From positions 1 through 33,194 of IMG/VR virus record IMGVR_UViG_3300044647_001071: 33,194 bases of DNA. One strand, written 5' to 3'. The position numbers and the translations under genes are program-made. The stretch is from a virus (Duplodnaviria; Caudoviricetes). The notes below the pieces were generated by a model. The model worked only from the letters and a program-made list of their open reading frames with translations, did not search any database and was not told the origin of the DNA. This document shows positions 1 to 8,390 of the stretch, piece by piece. Numbering within the stretch: position 1 is the stretch's first letter; every line of letters begins with the position of its first letter.

Positions 1-2369
1 TGACCATAAAGAATGTTACGGTCGATGATGTCAGGTGTGTTGTTCGACTCATCCATGATAACGCGGAAGGCATAAAGACCTTGACGTTGTTGGATTGACT
101 CAAGATATGGAGTAACAATGTTCAGGAATCGTGTACGTGTTTGTGTTGTGTTTTGTTCGAACACAAGGTAACGTGTAGCAGATGCGATGAACTTCTTAGC
201 TGCAATCAAGAGACGACGAACGTTGATACGGTCAAGAGCAGATGGACGACCTTGAAGTGTCTTCTGACCCCATACACATACTCCTGTTGATGGGAATACT
301 GCGATTGGGTTGATACGTGCTTCATAAAGGGTATCACGCTCAGCGTGTGTAAGACGTGTCTTCACTTCGATAACTTCTGTGAGACCACCACGATTCAGAC
401 CAGCTGGTGCGAACCATTCAGCAGCAACACGGTCGTTGAATGCAATAACACCAGGAAGAACAACTGAAGGTGGAACCCAAATTGGCTTGTTTCTATCGAA
501 GTCAAGAATCTTAACCCACGGATAGTATGTTCCAACATAGTTAGAATCAAATCCTTCTGTTGTTGAAACAGCAGTATTGATGTTATCGTTGTAGCCAATC
601 AAGTCCATCACATAGAAAGCATCACCACGGTCTTCACAAACATCCTTAGCGTATGTTGTGATTGGTGAGTGCAACGAGTGAACAACACCTGGTGTTACAA
701 TCATGTTGATGTCAAATTCATCAGGGTTAGATACCGCATCAATTGCCTTCTTATATGAAACATATCCATCAGCAGAAGTTGTTGATATATCGAATCCCTG
801 TGTATTTGTGTTTAGAATGTATGTTCCGGTCTTCTTTTGGAGGTGTGGCTTGTGACCATCAAATCCGCCTTGGAATGGAATCATGAACTTACGTGTATCA
901 AGAGCAGTGTTTACAGTAAGGTCGATTGACGAACTATATCCAGTTGCAGATGATGGGAAGTTTGCCCCAGCAGCTTGATTATAATCACCAAGATAGAAGT
1001 CTGCATTTGAACCAGTTGTCAAATATGAAGCAACAGGCAACGGACGTAAGAAGTTGAAGTTGTCTGTTGTATCGAAATCGTAGCTAAATCCAAAATATAC
1101 TCTACGGTTATATGAACCACCTACTGTTTGGGCCGATACATATGTTGCTGCACTTGGTTGTGAGAATCCAACACTACCATCCGAACTAAGTGGGATTGGT
1201 GAGTAAGGTGCACGGAATCCAAAAGGAACAAGTGACGGAGAAATAGCAACGTTAGAAACAGCTTCAGTTGCCTCTACACGGATATACTTTGACTTGTTAG
1301 AATAATCACCATTTACAACAACCTTTCCTTCATCTGTAATTGTGATGTATCTATCACCAATTACTCTAGCGATATAACGTGGTGAATTAGGGTCAAGGTT
1401 ACACTTGAATTGTTCTACCACATTTGGACGGAGATCATCATCTTCTGATGTAAATGGAGTTTGTGGGAGCTTTGATTGATCCACAAAACGAACTACAACA
1501 TCAAAGTCACCATATTCAGAACCAGCGATTGTACCAGCTGGACGAACATTTGCAATACCAACCTTCACTTCATAATTAGAATGAATACCGTGTGAAAGTG
1601 TATGGAACTTGAAGAGGTCCGTTACAGCACCACCAATTTTTTGAGAAGTTATCCACGGAGTAGAAGCTTCGAGGTAATCATTAGTGAATTGCCATGGTGA
1701 AGCAGCAGAACCACTTTCCAATATAATTCTTGTAGTTGGGTCCGCGGCCAATGATGCTGAAGCAGCCCATTTGAAATTCACATAGTTATAAACTGCGTGT
1801 GTTCCATATGGATTGTATCCGTAAAGGTTTCCAATAAATGCAGTTGATTCAGGGTCAATTGATGAACTAAACGGTGTTCCGTTTTCACTAACAGCATTTC
1901 CTGTAAAAGCCGAGTTATCTGTTCCAAATGAACCAGAAACTCTAATGACAAATGAACCACTTGCATTTGAAGCAAGAGTAGATTTCTCAAACAATGCTGT
2001 AGCTTCAGTCGTTACAACAAAAGTAGGGTGTAGAAGAGAAATCAATCTCTTTCCATACGAACCAGTTGCAACCACGGCAAGTGGGTACAACAAGGAATAA
2101 CCACCTGAACCGAGTACACGAACTATCGTTGCACTACCAGCATTATTCAGATAGCTTTTAGCAGTATATGGAAGATACGATTGCTCATATGTTCCACCAA
2201 AATGTGTTACGAAGTCATTATATCCTTGAACTACCGTAGGAACAAATGCCGGACCTTTCATTGTTGGTCCGATAAGTGCTGCACCAATCTGTGCAATTCC
2301 CTGTGGTAAGAACGAAAGATCCTTTTCTACCGTAAACACGCCAGGACTTACAATTCTTTCATTAGCCAC
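1..2369 (-). CDS. Tail sheath protein (T4 gp18-like), 3' end runs off the window
   Basis: Missing from the ORF track because it has no stop in the window. GTG at 2369 after SD GGAGA (2376-2380) reads MANERIVSPGVFT. The same frame near the left edge reads SALDRINVRRLLIAAKKFIA...FEQNT...GLYAFRVIMDESNNTPDIIDRN, a typical sheath C-terminus. Confidence 0.95.
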   Translation of the reverse strand, partial: MANERIVSPGVFTVEKDLSFLPQGIAQIGAALIGPTMKGPAFVPTVVQGYNDFVTHFGGTYEQSYLPYTAKSYLNNAGSATIVRVLGSGGYSLLYPLAVVATGSYGKRLISLLHPTFVVTTEATALFEKSTLASNASGSFVIRVSGSFGTDNSAFTGNAVSENGTPFSSSIDPESTAFIGNLYGYNPYGTHAVYNYVNFKWAASASLAADPTTRIILESGSAASPWQFTNDYLEASTPWITSQKIGGAVTDLFKFHTLSHGIHSNYEVKVGIANVRPAGTIAGSEYGDFDVVVRFVDQSKLPQTPFTSEDDDLRPNVVEQFKCNLDPNSPRYIARVIGDRYITITDEGKVVVNGDYSNKSKYIRVEATEAVSNVAISPSLVPFGFRAPYSPIPLSSDGSVGFSQPSAATYVSAQTVGGSYNRRVYFGFSYDFDTTDNFNFLRPLPVASYLTTGSNADFYLGDYNQAAGANFPSSATGYSSSIDLTVNTALDTRKFMIPFQGGFDGHKPHLQKKTGTYILNTNTQGFDISTTSADGYVSYKKAIDAVSNPDEFDINMIVTPGVVHSLHSPITTYAKDVCEDRGDAFYVMDLIGYNDNINTAVSTTEGFDSNYVGTYYPWVKILDFDRNKPIWVPPSVVLPGVIAFNDRVAAEWFAPAGLNRGGLTEVIEVKTRLTHAERDTLYEARINPIAVFPSTGVCVWGQKTLQGRPSALDRINVRRLLIAAKKFIASATRYLVFEQNTTQTRTRFLNIVTPYLESIQQRQGLYAFRVIMDESNNTPDIIDRNILYG

Positions 2370-2404
2370 TATTTATCTCCAAAAAATTGTGTAATTATCT
2401 CTAC

Positions 2405-2413
2405 TATAAATAT
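2405..2413 (-). promoter_or_regulatory. Putative late promoter motif ATATTTATA upstream of tail sheath
   Basis: Recurrent intergenic motif; + strand TATAAATAT. Confidence 0.55.
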
Positions 2414-2431
2414 GAGTAAAAAAACTCAAAC

Positions 2432-2716
2432 TTATTGAGCAGATGGTATAAATTTACCAGAATCTAAGTCAAGAACACCGTCACCGTACTTTTCATTCAA
2501 GGAAGCAACCAACTCCTTTTCTTGTTTTTGAAGTTCATCATAGGTTGAAAAAAGGTTTACTCGCATTTCTTCAATTTGAGATAATCTTCTTTTCAATAAG
2601 TGTAGTTCCACTTCTACTTGACCAATCTGTGCCGTGTTAGTTGCGTATCTTGATTGTAAATCTTTCACAGCTTGAATATCTTCGGCTTGAAATTCTTTTG
2701 ATATATTGTCTGACAT
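2432..2716 (-). CDS. Small coiled-coil hypothetical protein (94 aa)
   Basis: Fills the gap in the operon, has SD-like AGAGGT, a heptad pattern and C-terminal LNEKYGDGVLDLDSGKF. Confidence 0.8.
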   Translation of the reverse strand: MSDNISKEFQAEDIQAVKDLQSRYATNTAQIGQVEVELHLLKRRLSQIEEMRVNLFSTYDELQKQEKELVASLNEKYGDGVLDLDSGKFIPSAQ

Positions 2717-2754
2717 AAAAACCTCTTCTATTATTGTAAAACGTAACTATAGTA

Positions 2755-2762
2755 ATAAATAT
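2755..2762 (-). promoter_or_regulatory. Putative late promoter motif ATATTTAT
   Basis: + strand ATAAATAT in the gap directly after the upstream gene's stop. Confidence 0.5.
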
Positions 2763-3757
2763 CAATCATTTTCCGTAGGATACACATCTGGACTATTTCT
2801 CAATGATATTTCTGTGAGATCATTTAGCCTTCGTTGTAAGTCCAAGTATTTCTCGTATTCATCCGAGTTCATTCCACTATCAAATCTTGAATCATTTTGT
2901 CTTATTGCGGTTGATAAATTAGGATAAGATTCGGTACCGAATGTAACTCTATTTGGTCCAATAAATCTTTTTGTTGTAATATCAGTTCCGGCATTTTTTG
3001 GAAGTAAATAACCATGAACAGTTATTTGGAATGAACATCTCACCACCCTGTCTTGACCAGTTGTATTATTGTCCTCCATCGTGAAAGAGTCCACATTTGT
3101 AGAAAACTTCAGAGAATTTCTTTCACCAAAAGATTGACCAGTGAAATATACAAATTGTTCTACAATATAATTCAATTGATTTTGGTATTCACACCAAGCA
3201 ATAAAATCATACGAAACATCGACGTAATCGGGTATTGGTGTTATAATATATTCCTGAACACTTCTATCGTTTACACCATATAGTGTAGAAAATTTGTCAT
3301 ATGGTGAGTTCTTATTATATTTTTGTTTTAGAACGTAACCAAGTTGATTTGTTGTAGCAACTTTATTCCGTCTCAACTCACTTTTCATATTCACACTTGA
3401 ACGTCTAAATGTGATGAGTGGAACCAATGTTTTTCCTTTTTTATCTTTTAGATAACCGTTTCTTTGTATTGATGCCCATTTTTCAGAATTTGCATAAAGG
3501 GTTGGAACTACAATTGATTCACCGTTATCATCCACTCTGAGTAGCATTGAATTATCTATAAACGATTTTACTGCAAAATCTATATCATATAGAGTAATCC
3601 CTATTGATTTCGTTCTATCCTTGTCTCTACGAGTTTGAGTATGTCTTGATTTACCCAAATCAATCCGTGGACGTTCTTCAATATTTTTGTCATCTATAAA
3701 AGAATCTATGGTTCTTCGTACAGGTGGTTTACGATATGGCGATGAATTTTTTGGCAT
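2762..3757 (-). CDS. Tail terminator / sheath stabiliser (T4 gp15-like)
   Basis: VVPTLYANSEKW, PLITFRR and PIPDYVDVSYDFIAWCEYQNQLNYIVEQF parallel gp15-family motifs; lies between neck and sheath genes. Confidence 0.7.
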   Translation of the reverse strand: MPKNSSPYRKPPVRRTIDSFIDDKNIEERPRIDLGKSRHTQTRRDKDRTKSIGITLYDIDFAVKSFIDNSMLLRVDDNGESIVVPTLYANSEKWASIQRNGYLKDKKGKTLVPLITFRRSSVNMKSELRRNKVATTNQLGYVLKQKYNKNSPYDKFSTLYGVNDRSVQEYIITPIPDYVDVSYDFIAWCEYQNQLNYIVEQFVYFTGQSFGERNSLKFSTNVDSFTMEDNNTTGQDRVVRCSFQITVHGYLLPKNAGTDITTKRFIGPNRVTFGTESYPNLSTAIRQNDSRFDSGMNSDEYEKYLDLQRRLNDLTEISLRNSPDVYPTEND

Positions 3758-4284
3758 TATATGTTATCCGGTAAATTATTGTTTTCAGAAACTCTTGGAG
3801 CGGAACGAACTTCTTCAATATTGATACGAGAACGTCTTGTCAAGTGTGTATTGGCTATGATAGAAACATTGTGACCCCATCTTTCCGTTGCAAAAGAATA
3901 ATCAGGATTCTTACCACCGAAGTATTGATTTTCTTGAATGGCATCTATTTCCCAGTATTCCCCATTATATTCTATTACGTCACCGACTTCAATATACGTT
4001 TCAACGTCTTTTAGAATTTCTCGAATAAATCCAAAATCACAAACCTGAGTATAGTCTTGTCCAAACTCTGTGCCTTCGAATGTCTGTGGTTGACGATTGA
4101 TAAGCGACGGTATCTTTATTGGCTGATGATACACTTTTTTATCAGATTCATCATAGATATTTGTTTTTGTATTTTCTAATGAAAGTTTGTACAAAGCAAC
4201 TTCGGTATCTATAATATCCACAATCAATTCGGTATTGAACTTGTGAACTAAAGAAGCATCTCGTTGTCCATGAAATAGTGGCAT
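3757..4284 (-). CDS. Neck / head-closure protein (T4 gp14-like)
   Basis: Directly after the gp13-like gene; NIYDES, EFG and EVGDVIEYNGEYWEI motifs typical of head-closure proteins. Confidence 0.65.
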   Translation of the reverse strand: MPLFHGQRDASLVHKFNTELIVDIIDTEVALYKLSLENTKTNIYDESDKKVYHQPIKIPSLINRQPQTFEGTEFGQDYTQVCDFGFIREILKDVETYIEVGDVIEYNGEYWEIDAIQENQYFGGKNPDYSFATERWGHNVSIIANTHLTRRSRINIEEVRSAPRVSENNNLPDNI

Positions 4285-4288
4285 GGAT

Positions 4289-5440
4289 TTATCCTATGTA
4301 AATTTTCAAAGGAGTTGCATTTAGTGAAACACCAAGTGCCTCTACCTCAAGTCGTTTTGCTTCAAGTAACTTGGAACGGGTCATCGTGTCCAACATTGTT
4401 CTAAGTTGTTCAACTAAAGCTTGTTTTTCCGTTGAAGCGGCACTTAGTAAGTCCGATGCATTTAGTGTTGTTTCACCGTTTGGAATTGGAATACTTCCAT
4501 ACTTACCACGAACATAACCCAACATTTCTTTTGCCAATGCAAGTCCGTAATTATAGATCCAACTGTGTCCAACCGAATTTATGTTTGAATATACCATGTA
4601 ATCATATGGAGCATTAGACATATCGGAAACGAGCCCTGTTACACCAGAACCAGATATTGGTTGATATTTCAATGGGTTAGAACGTTCTTCTTTTACAATA
4701 TACTCAATCCACAATTTGAAATCTCTGACAGGTCGTGGGAATATTCTAAGTTGATTGTTTATTAACTCAAAAGAATATGACGACTTTCTCATCAAATCAT
4801 TGAACTCAATTGCCTGAATGCGAAGTAAGTCAGCATACATAGGCATCAACATAAAGGAAACACCTGTTGAATATGCACCGAAGCCGAACGTATCTAACAT
4901 CGCCTGATTACCCAAGTATGGGTCATAGAAACGAATAGATGCTGGTGGAGCATAATGGTGAACTTTCTTTATCTCAATAGAACCTGTTGGTTTGTATACA
5001 TCTCGTATTAGTGCATTTAGATCATAATTTTGACGATCATACTGTACATCAATAGAAGCCGAATAAAAATTCACATTACCGTTTGTAAACGTTTCAGAAC
5101 CATATTCAGTTGCAAGTTGAATCAAACCACCCATGTTCGTAGATATATGTTCATGGGTCAAGTTGTTATTTGTGGGAGTACCCATTATACTCAATAGATT
5201 CTGTTGAATATTGAATTGATTCACATTGTAAGAATACTCATAAACTGCTTCTTCAAAACAAGCGTAAAAGTTTACGTCTTGTAATTCAATATCCACTATC
5301 GGATAACCCATTCTCTTAGCACACCAATCTGCAAATGCATCAATATCTGATCGAAATCTTGCATCAGAATCGAATGTTCCGAATGGTGTACTACCGGTTG
5401 TAAAACTTGAACTGCCAGGCCAGATAGGAATTTCTATCAT
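4289..5440 (-). CDS. Neck / head-tail adaptor protein (T4 gp13-like)
   Basis: RMGYPIVDIEL near the N-terminus and WIYNYGLALAKEMLGYVRGKYGSIPIPNGETTLNASDL near the C-terminus match gp13-type neck proteins. Confidence 0.8.
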   Translation of the reverse strand: MIEIPIWPGSSSFTTGSTPFGTFDSDARFRSDIDAFADWCAKRMGYPIVDIELQDVNFYACFEEAVYEYSYNVNQFNIQQNLLSIMGTPTNNNLTHEHISTNMGGLIQLATEYGSETFTNGNVNFYSASIDVQYDRQNYDLNALIRDVYKPTGSIEIKKVHHYAPPASIRFYDPYLGNQAMLDTFGFGAYSTGVSFMLMPMYADLLRIQAIEFNDLMRKSSYSFELINNQLRIFPRPVRDFKLWIEYIVKEERSNPLKYQPISGSGVTGLVSDMSNAPYDYMVYSNINSVGHSWIYNYGLALAKEMLGYVRGKYGSIPIPNGETTLNASDLLSAASTEKQALVEQLRTMLDTMTRSKLLEAKRLEVEALGVSLNATPLKIYIG

Positions 5441-5449
5441 TTATTTCTC

Positions 5450-6172
5450 TTATTTCTGTTCTTCAAAATAGTTCAATATATTGTCAACTATTGGATGGCG
5501 ATGATTTGTTTTTAGTTCATACACACCAAGACCAGGAACAGAGTTGACCATATTAAATAAATATGGGAAACCAGAGTCTTTCTTGTTCTTTAGGTCTGTT
5601 TGTGTTACGTCACCACAGATTAACATCTTGGAATTTGTACCGAGACGGGAAAGAATCATCTCCATCTGTGACTTTGTTACGTTTTGGGCTTCATCAACAA
5701 TAACACAAGCATTTACGAATGTTCTACCACGAAGGAATGAAATCGGTGCAATTTCAATTATGTTTTCGTTTATGAGTTTCTCAATCTTTGGTTTACCGTA
5801 TAACATATACATATTTGCATGAATTGGAGCAACCCACGGATTCATCTTTTCTTTTATGTCACCGGGTAAGAATCCAATATCTTCATTGGAAACCGTCGGT
5901 CTTGTAATGATGATTCTTTCAACTTCACGATAGAAAAGATATTCAAGAGCAATTTGTGTTGCAAGAAGTGTTTTACCAGAACCAGCTTTACCCGTTAGAA
6001 CAGAGATGGTATCTCTCAATATACTAGCTTTTACTTCTTTTTGTTCTACATTCAACGATAAGTTGAAATGTATCTTGTTTTTTATTTGTTTCCTCCCTTT
6101 CTTTATACCTGAAACTTCAATACCAGCAACTTCTTCTTCTATAATGTATTCTTCTGCATTTTCATTTATCAT
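5450..6172 (-). CDS. phoH: PhoH-family ATPase
   Basis: Walker A GKAGSGKT, RIIITRP, GFLPGDIKEK, FLRGRTF, IVDEAQN, GDVTQTD and RHPIV; SD AGGAG. Confidence 0.95.
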   Translation of the reverse strand: MINENAEEYIIEEEVAGIEVSGIKKGRKQIKNKIHFNLSLNVEQKEVKASILRDTISVLTGKAGSGKTLLATQIALEYLFYREVERIIITRPTVSNEDIGFLPGDIKEKMNPWVAPIHANMYMLYGKPKIEKLINENIIEIAPISFLRGRTFVNACVIVDEAQNVTKSQMEMILSRLGTNSKMLICGDVTQTDLKNKKDSGFPYLFNMVNSVPGLGVYELKTNHRHPIVDNILNYFEEQK

Positions 6173-6180
6173 AAAAACTC

Positions 6181-6780
6181 CTACAATAATTTAGAAAGGG
6201 TTTCTCCTATAACTTTACCGTCTTGTTTCAGTTCCACAAAGGAACTTTCCATATTCTTAGCCTTATGTGTCCACTCAAATCCAACCATACCCATCAGTTC
6301 CATACCACGTACAATTGGATATACAACAGCAGACTTCGTTCCACGTTGCGTGAAGAAGGCTCTTGTTAGTATATCATCTATGTCTTCTATTGATGGAAAT
6401 ATACCACGTTCAGTTTGGACTGAATCAACTAAACTGGAATAGAGTGTTATTGGTAGATTTTGATATTCCTTGAACTCTGTACTCACACCCTCTTCAAGTG
6501 CTTCAAAGGTTGTTGAAAGTTTATTCATAGAACGTCCTGTTTTGAACTTACCACCGTTATGACGTTGAAGAATAAATGCACGTTGACATCCATACTCGTG
6601 TAGTTGTTGTTCAAGGATTGTTTGGACTAATTTTGATTGAGAAATTTCACGGGTAACTTTCTTGTGTTTATATTCACCGTACTTGTACTTGAGGAACCAA
6701 GACAAAAACACACCCAAGAGTGTGACAAGACTCGATATTCCGAGTTTTACAAGGTCTATGTAATCTGTGAATATGTCCAT
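6181..6780 (-). CDS. Single-TM protein with GAF-like C-terminal domain (T4 holin T-like architecture)
   Basis: N-terminal hydrophobic helix LGISSLVTLLGVFLSWFL, then RAFILQRHNG...GTKSAVVYPIVRGMELMGMVGFEW, a GAF-like strand pattern. Confidence 0.6.
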   Translation of the reverse strand: MDIFTDYIDLVKLGISSLVTLLGVFLSWFLKYKYGEYKHKKVTREISQSKLVQTILEQQLHEYGCQRAFILQRHNGGKFKTGRSMNKLSTTFEALEEGVSTEFKEYQNLPITLYSSLVDSVQTERGIFPSIEDIDDILTRAFFTQRGTKSAVVYPIVRGMELMGMVGFEWTHKAKNMESSFVELKQDGKVIGETLSKLL

Positions 6781-6784
6781 ATGT

Positions 6785-6792
6785 TATAAATA
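6785..6792 (-). promoter_or_regulatory. Putative late promoter motif TATTTATA, 4 nt before ATG
   Basis: + strand TATAAATA between the terminator and the ATG at 6780. Confidence 0.5.
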
Positions 6793-6805
6793 GTCTTTCA
6801 AAACT

Positions 6806-6834
6806 AAAAAGGGTGAACGAATGTCCACCCTTTT
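6806..6834 (-). terminator. Rho-independent terminator
   Basis: Minus strand GGGTGGAC-ATTC-GTTCACCC followed by TTTTT; A/T tracts on both sides, so possibly bidirectional. Confidence 0.85.
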
Positions 6835-6855
6835 CAGAATTATATTTTTTTTATA

Positions 6856-8274
6856 TCACTGGATGAATACCAGTTTGCCTTCTTTCAATTTGAATGAACC
6901 TTTAGGTTTGTAACCAGCGGTTTGAACTTCTGGTTCTTCACCACCACCTCCACCTTGACCAGCTTTTTCGATTTTCCAATCCGTGTATGCTTTTCTGATA
7001 GAGACAATCAGATTGAACAATATAGTTCCAACTGTATAGACCAACAGAATCGTCTTTATGATTTTTATCACAGTGTCTGCTGTTGCTAGTATTGGTACGA
7101 GTGGTGGATAAAAAATCCCAGCTACCCATTTTGCCGCATCTGCAGTTCCGGGTGTAAATGTTTTGATGACTATTTCTAAAAGTTCAGCAACAATAAGTCC
7201 AAGCATAGGGAACTTATAAACACCCGGACCTCCTAAGAAATTAATACTTTTTGAAGCTGTCTCTAATAGTTCCGGACCTTTCTTTTGGGCGTATTCCTGT
7301 GCCGCTTTTGCTAATGGAATCAAGGCCCATTGAAACACCTGTACACACCAATGGACTGCCTTTTTTAACCACGAATTTCCTAAAGCATCTTCAAGGTGAG
7401 CTGCACCCGAACCACCTTCATTTAGTCTTTTCTGAGAAGAAATATACAATTCACGTAAAAAGTTTGGATTGCTGAACAGACGTGTTTTTGATTCTATAAG
7501 TTTTTTACGGGTCTGAATGCCCTCTTCTTGTTTTAGTTCTTCAAATCCTTTTTCCATTGCCTTTGGATCTACTGCTGGTGGCTCTTCTGGTTGTCCATTG
7601 CCCTTTACAACATCAGTTGCCCACTGGCCTTTTTCAACAACCTGTCCTCTCATTTGAGTTGCAACCCACTGGCCAGTTTCATAAGCATTAACAACTTCAT
7701 TCGCAAATTTCTTTTCCTCTCCAATGTTGTCTAATTTATCAAGTACGGGAGCTGCTAGAGTCATTACTTCATCTTTTACAGAATTAACTTGATCCATAGC
7801 AAATTTCTTAGCTGAATCCAATCCTTTACGGAATCCGTCTTTCATTACTTCTACAAATGCCTCGGTCAATTCTTTGAATTCGCCCCAAATTGCCTTTACT
7901 TTATTCCAACCACCTGATAATGCTTCCTTTGCTTTGTTTCCTAATTTTTTCAAACCATCCCATATATCACCTAAAAATCCTTCGGAAAGAACCCGATTTG
8001 AATCAATGGATTCTACTACTTTATTTACAATCCCGTCGATGGTACTTATAGTCGATTCATTCAGCGATTTTGTATTTGATGCACCAAATAATACGTTTAG
8101 TGCGGTAGATTCGTTCACCGTAAAAAATCCAGATTTTAGCATGGCATTCATCGTAATCTCATCAACATTTGATTGAATTGATAATTGCCTACCAACTCGA
8201 CCGCTGATTTTCTTTTCACTCATTACTTCGTTTAGCAAATACTTGAGTGATGTCATTTTTTGCCTGTCATTCAT
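6856..8274 (-). CDS. Hypothetical protein with amphipathic and C-terminal hydrophobic helices (472 aa), possible internal virion/ejection protein
   Basis: Long ORF with SD AAGGAGA, its own upstream motif and a downstream terminator. Confidence 0.8.
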   Translation of the reverse strand: MNDRQKMTSLKYLLNEVMSEKKISGRVGRQLSIQSNVDEITMNAMLKSGFFTVNESTALNVLFGASNTKSLNESTISTIDGIVNKVVESIDSNRVLSEGFLGDIWDGLKKLGNKAKEALSGGWNKVKAIWGEFKELTEAFVEVMKDGFRKGLDSAKKFAMDQVNSVKDEVMTLAAPVLDKLDNIGEEKKFANEVVNAYETGQWVATQMRGQVVEKGQWATDVVKGNGQPEEPPAVDPKAMEKGFEELKQEEGIQTRKKLIESKTRLFSNPNFLRELYISSQKRLNEGGSGAAHLEDALGNSWLKKAVHWCVQVFQWALIPLAKAAQEYAQKKGPELLETASKSINFLGGPGVYKFPMLGLIVAELLEIVIKTFTPGTADAAKWVAGIFYPPLVPILATADTVIKIIKTILLVYTVGTILFNLIVSIRKAYTDWKIEKAGQGGGGGEEPEVQTAGYKPKGSFKLKEGKLVFIQ

Positions 8275-8313
8275 TGAAATATCTCCTTACAGTATACTAA
8301 GTTTTGTATACAC

Positions 8314-8321
8314 ATAAATAT
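8314..8321 (-). promoter_or_regulatory. Putative late promoter motif ATATTTAT
   Basis: + strand ATAAATAT just downstream of the MCP terminator. Confidence 0.55.
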
Positions 8322-8330
8322 ATCCTAATA

Positions 8331-8361
8331 AAAGAAAAAGGGAGTGATTTCTCACTCCCTT
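8331..8361 (-). terminator. Rho-independent terminator after major capsid gene
   Basis: Minus strand AAGGGAGTGA-GAAA-TCACTCCCTT followed by TTTCTTT; perfect stem with a GNRA loop. Confidence 0.9.
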
Positions 8362-8390
8362 CTTCAATTTACTTCTATCTCAAAGATAGA

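Noticed and set aside
395-1990. 67-aa and 70-aa minus-strand ORFs
   Set aside because: They lie out of frame inside the tail sheath gene.
5450-6172. PhoH as a novelty
   Set aside because: PhoH is a common accessory gene in large aquatic phages; only its position in the structural operon is mildly notable.
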